This document shows, one piece after another, positions 1-8,715 of a stretch of 64,000 nucleotides of DNA (position 1 is its first letter; every line of letters starts with the position of its first letter). The DNA comes from a virus. A program made the translations under genes and the position numbers. Below the pieces are notes generated by a model. It did no database searches. It was not told the DNA's origin and was given only the letters and a program-made list of their open reading frames with translations. The stretch lies in the IMG/VR virus record IMGVR_UViG_3300022602_000038, positions 64,001-128,000 of that record; one strand, written 5' to 3'.

Positions 1-1
1 A

Positions 2-1936
2 GCTTATACTTCAAGCTCTTCACCTGTAACAGCTGCATATCAATATAACGGTAGTTCGGTGTATTCAGCATTACGTACTCCAATCGGTCAAGGTGTAAGT
101 GGTACATCAGGTTATTCTGGTTATAGCGGTTTAGGATTATCAGGTTACTCAGGCATATCTGGTTATAGTGGTATTTCAGGGTACTCCGGTTACAGTGGTA
201 TAAGTGGTTACTCAGGTATTTCTGGTTACAGTGGTATAAGTGGGTATTCCGGTATATCAGGATATTCAGGTTATAGTGGTTGGTCCGGTATAAGTGGTTA
301 TTCTGGTATTTCTGGTTACAGCGGTTGGTCAGGTATATCAGGTTACTCTGGTATATCAGGCTATAGTGGCTACTCTGGTATTTCCGGCTACTCCGGTATA
401 AGCGGTTACTCCGGTTACTCTGGTATTTCAGGATACTCAGGCATATCAGGTTATAGCGGTTATTCTGGTTGGTCTGGCTTAAGTGGTTATTCTGGTACTT
501 CAGGTTACAGTGGCTACTCTGGTATATCAGGTTATAGCGGTATCAGTGGTTACTCTGGTATTTCTGGTTACTCTAGCTTCAGCGGTTACAGCGGTATTAG
601 CGGTTATTCAGGCTATAGCGGTTCTGGAGTATCTGGCTATAGTGGTTCTGGAGTATCTGGCTACTCTGGTTTTTCAGGCTATTCTGGTTATTCTGGTACT
701 AACGGTACAATTGGGTCAAATGGTGCGTCTGGTTACTCTGGTATAAGTGGCTACTCAGGTATTTCTGGATACAGCGGTTATTCAGGTCAATCAGGTTTTA
801 GTGGTGTTTCAGGTTGGTCTGGTTGGTCCGGTATATCAGGTTACTCCGGTGCTACTGGAGCAACCGGTTCAACTGGAGCAACTGGTACGTCTGGTTACTC
901 TGGTTATAGTGGTGCAACTGGTTCAAACGGTGCAACCGGTACATCAGGTTATTCCGGTTTCAGTGGCGCTAATGGTTCAACCGGGGCAACTGGTACGTCT
1001 GGTTACTCAGGTTTCAGTGGCGCTAATGGTTCAACCGGGGCAACTGGTACGTCTGGTTACTCAGGTTTTTCAGGTCAGACAGGTGCATCTGGTACTTCTG
1101 GTTGGTCAGGGTTTAGCGGTCCTGGAGCAAACCAATCATTAAACACATCAAATTCTGTCACGTTTGCTGGCATGACCCTTAATGGTAATTTGTATTTACC
1201 TGGTGTGTGGCAAACATTTGCAGACTCTAATAGAGATGCAGGTGCATCTATATATTACCCGAACTCTTATACAAACGCTGTTAGATGGGCTTTCGCAAAT
1301 GCTAGCACTACAGGTACAGGTGGTAATTATGCCGGGGTTTTAAACTTTCATCCGTGGGACGGTACTACAAGTAGTACCGGTGATGCATCATATCAAATGG
1401 TGTTTGGTAGTACCGCTTCAAACGGTAGTGGTTATCCAAAACTAAACGTAAGAAAAGGTATTGATACAACTTGGAACTCTTGGTATACAATTGCTTTATA
1501 TGGTGTACCTAACAGTGGTAATCTATATGCAGGTGTTTACTACGATAATAGTAATACAGGCTATTATGTACAACCAAGTAGTACTTCAAATATATATAAT
1601 TTAACTGTAAACGGTACAACTAACTTACCTGGCGGTTCATATGTAAATACCAGCGGTGACTTTTTAGCACGTCGTAGTAGTGGTAGTACTGGTGTATATT
1701 ACTTTGTAGATACTAGCCATTATCTATACTGGGATGGTTCTAATTATAATTTACAAGGAGGAAGTTATCTCAGTACATCAGGTGGTTTATATCCAGGTGG
1801 TGCAATATACGATCAAAACGGCTCTGCTGGATCTAATGGACAAGTACTAACTTCTACAGGTTCAAGGGTTTTATGGTCTGCCGGTGGTGGAAGCGCTACT
1901 AAATCCACAGGTATAGCTTTGATTTTTGGTCGTTAA
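2..1936 (+). CDS. Tail fibre-like protein with long (Ser-Gly-X) triplet repeat; 5'-truncated
   Basis: Frame is open from position 2, so the true start lies upstream of the window. About 340 aa of SGY/SGI/SGW/TGA triplets, then a Tyr/Asn/Gly-rich fibre-like domain ending in 'TGIALIFG', resembling a C-terminal motif seen in phage fibre proteins. Confidence 0.75.
   Translation, partial: AYTSSSSPVTAAYQYNGSSVYSALRTPIGQGVSGTSGYSGYSGLGLSGYSGISGYSGISGYSGYSGISGYSGISGYSGISGYSGISGYSGYSGWSGISGYSGISGYSGWSGISGYSGISGYSGYSGISGYSGISGYSGYSGISGYSGISGYSGYSGWSGLSGYSGTSGYSGYSGISGYSGISGYSGISGYSSFSGYSGISGYSGYSGSGVSGYSGSGVSGYSGFSGYSGYSGTNGTIGSNGASGYSGISGYSGISGYSGYSGQSGFSGVSGWSGWSGISGYSGATGATGSTGATGTSGYSGYSGATGSNGATGTSGYSGFSGANGSTGATGTSGYSGFSGANGSTGATGTSGYSGFSGQTGASGTSGWSGFSGPGANQSLNTSNSVTFAGMTLNGNLYLPGVWQTFADSNRDAGASIYYPNSYTNAVRWAFANASTTGTGGNYAGVLNFHPWDGTTSSTGDASYQMVFGSTASNGSGYPKLNVRKGIDTTWNSWYTIALYGVPNSGNLYAGVYYDNSNTGYYVQPSSTSNIYNLTVNGTTNLPGGSYVNTSGDFLARRSSGSTGVYYFVDTSHYLYWDGSNYNLQGGSYLSTSGGLYPGGAIYDQNGSAGSNGQVLTSTGSRVLWSAGGGSATKSTGIALIFGR
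956..1063 (+). repeat. Two exact 54-bp tandem copies within the fibre repeat (GFSGANGSTGATGTSGYS x2)
   Basis: ggtttcagtggcgctaatggttcaaccggggcaactggtacgtctggttactca at 956-1009 and 1010-1063. Confidence 0.9.
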
Positions 1937-1940
1937 ACCA

Positions 1941-1946
1941 TAAATA
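1941..1946 (+). promoter_or_regulatory. Putative late promoter TAAATA
   Basis: TAAATA 9 nt before ATG 1956; the motif recurs before many structural genes. Confidence 0.55.
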
Positions 1947-1955
1947 TAATCACAT

Positions 1956-2318
1956 ATGTCAAATCCAAATATTGCAGGCCTAACGTACATATACGGCAAT
2001 ACGGCAGTCACTTCAAGTATTTCAACTTCAGCTCCTGGTTCTAACGTTGCAGGTGCAGTTCCTTCTAACACTGTTTGGAAAGTAGCTTCTGTTACAGCGG
2101 CTAACAAAACAACCTCTACTGTAAATTGTAGCTTAATATTTTATAGATCAAGTACTTCCTACTACATTGCATATCAAATTGCAGTACCTGGTAATGCTTC
2201 TATCGTTCTAGTTGGTAAAGACTCAATGATATATATGAACGAAGGTGATTATTTATATGCTTATGCTTCAACCGGTACAGCAATTGACGTAACTGTATCT
2301 TACGAAGCGATTTCTTAA
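1956..2318 (+). CDS. Small beta-rich virion/tail-fibre-associated protein
   Basis: 'MSNPNI..LT.IYG' N-terminus, of the type that follows fibre genes; beta-strand-like composition. Confidence 0.55.
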   Translation: MSNPNIAGLTYIYGNTAVTSSISTSAPGSNVAGAVPSNTVWKVASVTAANKTTSTVNCSLIFYRSSTSYYIAYQIAVPGNASIVLVGKDSMIYMNEGDYLYAYASTGTAIDVTVSYEAIS

Positions 2319-2342
2319 TTATACTTAATAATTAATTAAAAA

Positions 2343-3287
2343 ATGATTATTAACGGTCAAATACGTGGTATATATAACATTCCTCAGAGCGGTGGCGGTG
2401 GTACTGCTAAAGGTATATGGGATAATATGGATGTGTATAGAGATAAGAGAAAGGGTATGTGGCCGACACCTTCAGTAACACAAACTGTTACACCTACTGT
2501 AACCCCTCCTCCATATGCTGCTATATATTATGATTCAGGTACATTTACTGTACCAAGTGGTGTTTATTCAATAACATCAGTGGCTGTTGGTGGTGGTGGT
2601 GGTGGTGGAGTTAGAGGTGGTGGTGGAGGTGCAGGCGCGTATAGTCTCGCATATGCTGGTTACTATGGTGTAAACCCTGGTCAAAATATTTCAATAGTAG
2701 TAGGTGGTGGTGGCGGAGGTGCTTTCGTTGCCGGAGATGGAGATAACCACGCTGGTCCAGGTGGTCAGTCTCATGTAAACAATTGGCACACTAGTGGTAA
2801 TGGTGGTGGTCATGGTTATGATGGTGCAAATGGATTTGGTTCAGGTAACGGTGGAGGCGGTGCACATGGCGGTGGAGGCGGTGCAGGTGGGTATTTCGGT
2901 CAAGGCGGACATGGCGGAGACGGTGGAGATGGAGACGGGGTAGGCAATACTGGCGCTGCTGGTTATGACGGAGCGGCTGGTGGCGGTGGCGGCGGTGGTT
3001 CTTCTTATCAAGGTGGTGGTGGTGGTGGTGGTGTAGGCTTAGATGGACATTTAACAGACAGTAATTACACCGGTGGAGCACCTGGCGGTCAAGGCAATGC
3101 TCAACAAGGCTTTGGCGGTGGTGGAGGTGGCAACGGTTCAGACTATGGTAAAGACTGCTGTCCAGGTGGTGGAGGTTCAGGCGGTACAAACGATAGTTTT
3201 ACCGGCGGTGGCGGTGGTGGAGGTGGCGGAGTAAGATTGTTATTTAACTCTTCCGGTAGACCAGCCTATCCAAACGCAAACCCTTAA
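2343..3287 (+). CDS. Glycine-rich tail adhesin-like protein, copy 1
   Basis: 'SGTFTVPSGVYSITSVAVGGGGGG...GGGGVRL' Gly-rich domain; short Pro/Thr linker. Confidence 0.7.
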   Translation: MIINGQIRGIYNIPQSGGGGTAKGIWDNMDVYRDKRKGMWPTPSVTQTVTPTVTPPPYAAIYYDSGTFTVPSGVYSITSVAVGGGGGGGVRGGGGGAGAYSLAYAGYYGVNPGQNISIVVGGGGGGAFVAGDGDNHAGPGGQSHVNNWHTSGNGGGHGYDGANGFGSGNGGGGAHGGGGGAGGYFGQGGHGGDGGDGDGVGNTGAAGYDGAAGGGGGGGSSYQGGGGGGGVGLDGHLTDSNYTGGAPGGQGNAQQGFGGGGGGNGSDYGKDCCPGGGGSGGTNDSFTGGGGGGGGGVRLLFNSSGRPAYPNANP

Positions 3288-3291
3288 ACAA
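2528..3291 (+). repeat. 764-bp direct repeat, copy 1 (copy 2 at 4300-5063)
   Basis: Colinear with offset 1772; near-identical. Confidence 0.95.
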
Positions 3292-3334
3292 TAAAATTTA
3301 ACAATAAAATTTAACAACAAATTAACAATAAATA
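3287..3334 (+). repeat. Short intergenic tandem repeat (aacaataaaattt-like, ~4 units) ending in TAAATA
   Basis: aaacaataaaatttaacaataaaatttaacaacaaattaacaataaata. Confidence 0.7.
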
Positions 3335-3341
3335 TTAAATT

Positions 3342-4067
3342 ATGGCAACATTTGCATTAGTAGATGATCACAATATAGTACGACAAGTGGTTAAAGTACC
3401 GGACCATCAACAACATAGAGGTCATGAATTTTTGTCTCAAGATCTAGGTATTGTTGGAGGTAAATGGATACAAACTAGTTTTAACACCCACGACGGTAAA
3501 CATTTCTCCTCAACAATTAAAGATCCAAGAACTGGTAATTTTATACCAGATGGTGGTACTCCGATACGGCATACATACGCTTCAATAGGTTTTCATTACG
3601 ATCCAGTTCTAGACATATTTTACCCACCTAAACCCTACCCCTCCTGGGTAAGAAGAGCAAATGGTACTGGTTGGGAACCACCAATACCTATGCCTACCCC
3701 GTCGATAAAGACAACAGGTATTGATCCAGGATGGCTTTGGTCTGAAACAGATCAAACATGGTATAGAGGTACATGGCAAGGTTACTTACATCCATCTCGT
3801 CATCCTATAAAGATGGCACCTACACCGTCTATTACTCCTTCTATAGGTTCCACACCAACTCCAACTTCTTCAAACAACGTAATACCAACACCGTCTCCAA
3901 GTCCTACTATATCTCTTACTCCATCATTCGGTACAACCCCTACTCCTACCCCAACACCATCTTTTACACCTTTTAGTACTCCAACTCCAACTACTACGAT
4001 TGGATTTACGCCAACCCCTAGTGTTACTTTTAGCCCAACACCAACCCCTAGCTTTCCATCGTCTTAA
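3342..4067 (+). CDS. Tail-fibre-associated conserved phage protein with C-terminal Pro/Thr/Ser mucin-like tail
   Basis: 'MATFALVD..NIV', 'WIQTSFN', 'YDP..D.FYPPKPYPSW' motifs typical of proteins next to Gly-rich tail genes; last ~80 aa are PTPS/PTPT repeats. Confidence 0.6.
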   Translation: MATFALVDDHNIVRQVVKVPDHQQHRGHEFLSQDLGIVGGKWIQTSFNTHDGKHFSSTIKDPRTGNFIPDGGTPIRHTYASIGFHYDPVLDIFYPPKPYPSWVRRANGTGWEPPIPMPTPSIKTTGIDPGWLWSETDQTWYRGTWQGYLHPSRHPIKMAPTPSITPSIGSTPTPTSSNNVIPTPSPSPTISLTPSFGTTPTPTPTPSFTPFSTPTPTTTIGFTPTPSVTFSPTPTPSFPSS

Positions 4068-4087
4068 AGTAAGTTTAATTTAATAAA

Positions 4088-5059
4088 ATGCTTAAATACG
4101 GTTCATTTATAGGCAGTACATTTACACCAGTTCTATCAACTGGTGCTGCTGCAGGGTTGTTTTCATTAACTGACGTTTTTTTAAACCGCTCTCAAGGTAT
4201 ATGGCCTAGCCCAACAAAAACAGGTACACCAACTCCAACTGTTACACCAACAACCACACCTTCACCTACTAAAACCCCGCCTGCTTTTTCACAAGTATTT
4301 TATGATTCAGGTACATTTACTGTACCAAGTGGTGTTTATTCAATAACATCAGTGGCTGTTGGTGGTGGTGGTGGTGGTGGAGTTAGAGGTGGTGGTGGAG
4401 GTGCAGGCGCGTATAGTCTCGCATATGCTGGTTACTATGGTGTAAACCCTGGTCAAAATATTTCAATAGTAGTAGGTGGTGGTGGCGGAGGTGCTTTCGT
4501 TGCCGGAGATGGAGATAACCACGCTGGTCCAGGTGGTCAGTCTCATGTAAACAATTGGCACACTAGTGGTAATGGTGGTGGTCATGGTTATGATGGTGCA
4601 AATGGATTTGGTTCAGGTAACGGTGGAGGCGGTGCACATGGCGGTGGAGGCGGTGCAGGTGGGTATTTCGGTCAAGGCGGACATGGCGGAGACGGTGGAG
4701 ATGGAGACGGGGTAGGCAATACTGGCGCTGCTGGTTATGACGGAGCGGCTGGTGGCGGCGGCGGTGGTGGTTCTCCTTATCAAGGCGGCGGCGGTGGTGG
4801 TGGTGTAGGCTTAGATGGACATTTAACAGACAGTAATTACACCGGTGGAGCACCTGGCGGTCAAGGCAATGCTCAACAAGGCTTTGGCGGTGGTGGAGGT
4901 GGCAACGGTTCAGACTACGGTAAAGACTGCTGTCCAGGTGGTGGAGGTTCAGGCGGTTCAAACGATAGTTTTACCGGCGGTGGCGGTGGTGGAGGTGGCG
5001 GAGTAAGATTGTTATTTAATACTACTGGTAGACCAGCCTATCCAAACGCAAACCCTTAA
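4088..5059 (+). CDS. Glycine-rich tail adhesin-like protein, copy 2
   Basis: Same Gly-rich domain as 2343-3287 with a different N-terminus and a PT linker. Confidence 0.7.
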   Translation: MLKYGSFIGSTFTPVLSTGAAAGLFSLTDVFLNRSQGIWPSPTKTGTPTPTVTPTTTPSPTKTPPAFSQVFYDSGTFTVPSGVYSITSVAVGGGGGGGVRGGGGGAGAYSLAYAGYYGVNPGQNISIVVGGGGGGAFVAGDGDNHAGPGGQSHVNNWHTSGNGGGHGYDGANGFGSGNGGGGAHGGGGGAGGYFGQGGHGGDGGDGDGVGNTGAAGYDGAAGGGGGGGSPYQGGGGGGGVGLDGHLTDSNYTGGAPGGQGNAQQGFGGGGGGNGSDYGKDCCPGGGGSGGSNDSFTGGGGGGGGGVRLLFNTTGRPAYPNANP

Positions 5060-5063
5060 ACAA
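4300..5063 (+). repeat. 764-bp direct repeat, copy 2
   Basis: See 2528-3291. Confidence 0.95.
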
Positions 5064-5065
5064 AA

Positions 5066-5428
5066 TTAATCTAATTTAGTCAAACCAAGTACTGACTTAG
5101 CTATGTATTGAGATAACTGTTCTCTAGAAACAGTATCTCCAGCACCAAGCTTAGTGTGTTTTTTCTGCCACGTTTCTAACTCTTTTTTAAATTTATTTAA
5201 CAGTTCGTTTATTTCTTTTAAAGCTGTTTCTGTTTGAGCTTTAATTTCAGGTGTTTCTGGTTCAAATAAACCAGCTAATTTCCAATCCAAAGCTGTTTTT
5301 GGTTGAGTAGGGTCAATATCACTTTCACTAGCTGTATCTCCTCCACCTGCTTCACTACCAACTCCCGCCCATGATTCGGCAATAACTTTATACTTTGCTT
5401 GTAGATCTTTAATTTGGTCGGTTTTCAT
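5066..5428 (-). CDS. Hypothetical protein, possible internal head protein
   Basis: ATG start, TAAATA at 5438-5443 (-), N-terminal 'L..KY..IAE' motif. Confidence 0.55.
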   Translation of the reverse strand: MKTDQIKDLQAKYKVIAESWAGVGSEAGGGDTASESDIDPTQPKTALDWKLAGLFEPETPEIKAQTETALKEINELLNKFKKELETWQKKHTKLGAGDTVSREQLSQYIAKSVLGLTKLD

Positions 5429-5470
5429 TTACTATATTATTTACCAGCTTACAGTAAATATTTACATTCT

Positions 5471-6526
5471 ATGGAGCAGTCTGCAAACAATCTAACATAC
5501 GAGTTTCATAAAGAGTTAAATCCTTTAGTATGGGAAAACAAAAAGCTTAAACCTCTAATAAAGGAAAAGCTATTGGAAATAGCAGAAGCCTTTTTAGAAA
5601 CATTAGATATAGATGTAGATGTAGAGGATATAACTCTTACAGGTTCATTAGCTAACTATAACTATACCAAGTATAGTGACTTTGATCTACATATTTTAAC
5701 TGATTATAATGAGTATGATGTAGAAGAGGAACTATTAAAAGATTACTTTAATGCTAAGAAAACTATATGGAACACTACTCGAGACATTACTATAAAAGGT
5801 TATGATGTAGAGGTTTATATACAAGATATGTCCGAACCACATCATTCTACTGGTGTGTATTCTATAAAAAACGATGAATGGATAACAGAACCTAGACCTA
5901 CGAAAGACAAGCAAGATATTGATAAAGACTTGGTTAACAAGAAGATCAAAGCTATGAAAGATCTTATAGATTATGCAATTAGCTCAGATTGTGATGTAGA
6001 ATGTGCTGAAAAAGCTAAAGAAAAGTTTATGGAATTACGCAAAGCAGGGTTAGAAAAAGCTGGTGAATTATCTCCAGAAAACCTTGCATTTAAAGAACTT
6101 AGAAGAACCGGTGATGTTGAAAGAATGGTACAAGGTATATTGGATAAAAAGAGTAAAAAGCTTTCTTTAGACAGCGCTATGCAAAAAGAAAACTTTAAAG
6201 AGTTTATGGGATTAGGAGGTAAAGGTAGTAGAGGCCCCCGTCATTTGAGTCCAACTGCTGGTATGAACAAATTAGGACAAGCAGAAAAGGGTATTGGTAT
6301 GGTAGCTGCTGTACATAAACGTAAAGACTCTATACCAGTACACAACTTAAAGAAAAAACAAACCGGTCAATCACCTATTAGTAATGATCAAGCAATGCAA
6401 CTTATTGCACAATATAATCTTGATATTAATAAGATTAAATCCGGTCACCCACGAGGCCTAAGCAATGGCGGTATGTATTTAGGTTTTAATCCACATACAA
6501 ACACCTTTTATTTGAGTAAGTATTAA
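5471..6526 (+). CDS. Pol-beta-superfamily nucleotidyltransferase
   Basis: 'LTGS.ANYNY..YSDFDLH' (GS...DxD) and downstream 'EVY'. Start moved to ATG 5471, just after TAAATA at 5455-5460. Confidence 0.75.
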   Translation: MEQSANNLTYEFHKELNPLVWENKKLKPLIKEKLLEIAEAFLETLDIDVDVEDITLTGSLANYNYTKYSDFDLHILTDYNEYDVEEELLKDYFNAKKTIWNTTRDITIKGYDVEVYIQDMSEPHHSTGVYSIKNDEWITEPRPTKDKQDIDKDLVNKKIKAMKDLIDYAISSDCDVECAEKAKEKFMELRKAGLEKAGELSPENLAFKELRRTGDVERMVQGILDKKSKKLSLDSAMQKENFKEFMGLGGKGSRGPRHLSPTAGMNKLGQAEKGIGMVAAVHKRKDSIPVHNLKKKQTGQSPISNDQAMQLIAQYNLDINKIKSGHPRGLSNGGMYLGFNPHTNTFYLSKY

Positions 6527-6537
6527 ATTAACATTTT

Positions 6538-8070
6538 ATGAAGAGCGTGAACGTTTTACAAATTAAGTACGAATTATCTTATATTACAGAATCTATCAAT
6601 GATTTGTACTTTAATGCATTTGCAGAAGCCTTAGTACCAGGTGTAACACCTGCTGCTCCAGCCCCTGCTGCTGCACCAGCCCCTGCAGCACCGGTTACAA
6701 CAACTCAAACCCCTGCAACAAGTGCTACAACTCAACCAACTGCACCTGCTGCTGGTACAGCTCCTCAACCAGCTCAAGCTACTCCTGCTCAACAACAACA
6801 GCAACAAACCCCTCAAACCCCTCAAGATTTAGAAAAAGCAGTAGAAAAGGATAAAACTCAATTACCTGGCTTAATACAAGCAATTGTTTCTAAACTCAAC
6901 CCTCAAGATAAAGTTGAATTACAGAAAATCGTAGCTCAAAATAACGTGCAAGCTTTAAATGCGTTTATTGCAAAACACGCCCCTGCTACAAAAACTCAAG
7001 AAGAAGCTTACTTAAGCGAACACGTAAAAACGATTCTTAAATATGTAGATACACTTTCTAATAAAGAAGAAGTACGTAAAGGTATACAAGAGTTTGTTGA
7101 ATCAAATGGCAATATAGAGGTACTTAAAAAATATGATCCAAACTTTGAAGAGAATCTTTTAGGTTTATACAGAGAAGGTTATATTAATGAAGGCATATTA
7201 GGAGCTATTGGTTCCGGTTTAAAGAGCGTATGGCAAGGTATTAAGAATTTAGGAAAAGAGGCTCTGCCAGTTTTAGGTAAATACGGTCCTTGGGCTGCAT
7301 TAGGTGCATTAGCTGGTGGACCACTTGGTGCTATGGCAATGCCATTAATTGCAAAAGCTCTCGGTGGTAGCGGTGGTACTGAAGCTAAACCAGGAGAAGA
7401 AAAAGAAAAACCTAAACCAATTGGTAAGATGACTACGGCTGATCTTTCTACTGTAAGTGATGAAAAGTATATTTCATTACCTTTAGTTGCAGCTAAAAAT
7501 AAATTTAAACTTATCGATCTTACTCCAGAGGAAGAAAAAGAAATTGAAAGCGGTGCAATACTTAACGTAACTGATAACAATCAAAATACAGTACAGTTTA
7601 CGTATAAAAACGGTTTATTGTCAGGTATTAAGGTTTCTGGTAATGACACTGCACCAACAGCACCAGCACCTAGCCTAACACCAGCAGTAGCAACTCCTAC
7701 TCCATCTCCTACACCTCCGGTTTTAAAGCCGAAACCATCAGTTAAACCAAAGCCTCGCGCTCCAAAAGTAGCGGTTAAACCAAAACCTACAGCACCAAAG
7801 CCAGTAGCACCAAAAGCTCCTAAAGCAAAACCTGGGGTTATAAATACACCAAGTAAACAATTTACCCCAGCACAAAAACAAAACGCTAAAAAAGAACTAA
7901 GACAGTTAACTCGTATACCAAAAGCAAGAAGAACAACTGATCAAGATAAAAGAATACAAGATTTAAATAAAATTGTAGTAGGGGAAACATTTGTAAGTCT
8001 AGCTGATAAAGTTTTAAACAATCTACGTAACAGTTCTAGTGCTACTCCAATTGAAAGAGCTAATGGATAA
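6538..8070 (+). CDS. Low-complexity Pro/Ala/Thr/Lys-rich protein, possible head-internal or ejected protein
   Basis: PAAPAP, TPTPSPT and KPKP tracts, a central hydrophobic Gly/Ala segment, several (I/L)xE sites. Confidence 0.5.
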   Translation: MKSVNVLQIKYELSYITESINDLYFNAFAEALVPGVTPAAPAPAAAPAPAAPVTTTQTPATSATTQPTAPAAGTAPQPAQATPAQQQQQQTPQTPQDLEKAVEKDKTQLPGLIQAIVSKLNPQDKVELQKIVAQNNVQALNAFIAKHAPATKTQEEAYLSEHVKTILKYVDTLSNKEEVRKGIQEFVESNGNIEVLKKYDPNFEENLLGLYREGYINEGILGAIGSGLKSVWQGIKNLGKEALPVLGKYGPWAALGALAGGPLGAMAMPLIAKALGGSGGTEAKPGEEKEKPKPIGKMTTADLSTVSDEKYISLPLVAAKNKFKLIDLTPEEEKEIESGAILNVTDNNQNTVQFTYKNGLLSGIKVSGNDTAPTAPAPSLTPAVATPTPSPTPPVLKPKPSVKPKPRAPKVAVKPKPTAPKPVAPKAPKAKPGVINTPSKQFTPAQKQNAKKELRQLTRIPKARRTTDQDKRIQDLNKIVVGETFVSLADKVLNNLRNSSSATPIERANG

Positions 8071-8073
8071 TGA

Positions 8074-8658
8074 ATGAGTACAGTTGTACAACAATCCATT
8101 CTTAATAAAAATAGGAAAGACAAGTTTTTACTTGTCTTGACGTTACCTTCTATTCTTAAAACAGCTAATAAACCAGATCAAGGTGATCGAGGCAGCAAGT
8201 ACATAAATTTAGATACGTTACAGTATTCAATTTACGGAACTGTAGTACCTGATACAACAGTTGCTGAAATAGATCTAGCTTACGGTGGACAAACAGCTAA
8301 GGTTACTAGTTACACTAGAAGTGCTTACAAAGCTATAACAGTAAACTTTACTGTTGATAATGAGTTTAATAATTGGTGGGTTTTATGGTATTGGTTGAAT
8401 ATTATAAACGACTCTTACACCAGTACATACAACAATGAAGGCTTAGCTGCAACGGATATGTTCACAAACATAGACGATTATCAAACGAACATTACAGTAT
8501 ACGGATTAGATGAGTATAATAACAAAAAAATACAATGGGATTACTCAAAAGCTTTTATTACAAGTTTAGGGGAAATTGGTTATAATTATCGGGAAGGAGA
8601 TCAAATCGAGTCTTCTTTCACTTTTGCATTTAATCAGTTAAGTGTTCAATTACTTTAA
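8074..8658 (+). CDS. Tail tube terminator / completion protein (T4 gp3-like)
   Basis: 'VNFTVDNEFNNWWVLWYWL' resembles gp3 'VRFIVDEE...W..MYEW'; immediately upstream of the sheath gene. Confidence 0.6.
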   Translation: MSTVVQQSILNKNRKDKFLLVLTLPSILKTANKPDQGDRGSKYINLDTLQYSIYGTVVPDTTVAEIDLAYGGQTAKVTSYTRSAYKAITVNFTVDNEFNNWWVLWYWLNIINDSYTSTYNNEGLAATDMFTNIDDYQTNITVYGLDEYNNKKIQWDYSKAFITSLGEIGYNYREGDQIESSFTFAFNQLSVQLL

Positions 8659-8688
8659 TAAAGTCTGCGTTTTGGGGGCAAAAACTCA

Positions 8689-8694
8689 TAAATA
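8689..8694 (+). promoter_or_regulatory. Putative late promoter TAAATA (sheath)
   Basis: T4 gp55-type late promoter core upstream of ATG 8716. Confidence 0.55.
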
Positions 8695-8715
8695 ATATTA
8701 GAAACTTTAAACCAT

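Noticed and set aside
483-1142. Val/Leu-rich alternative-frame ORFs
   Set aside because: Frame shadows of the SGY repeat.
3287-3334. CRISPR array
   Set aside because: 13-bp AT-rich tandem units without spacers; no repeat-spacer array or cas gene seen anywhere in the window.
2791-4961. His-rich 132-aa minus-strand ORFs (2791-3189, 4563-4961)
   Set aside because: Antisense shadows of GGT/GGC glycine codons.
2528-5063. Diversity-generating retroelement TR/VR pair
   Set aside because: The repeat is far longer than a TR, both copies are coding, differences are mostly synonymous T/C rather than adenine-specific on the coding strand, and no reverse transcriptase is in the window.
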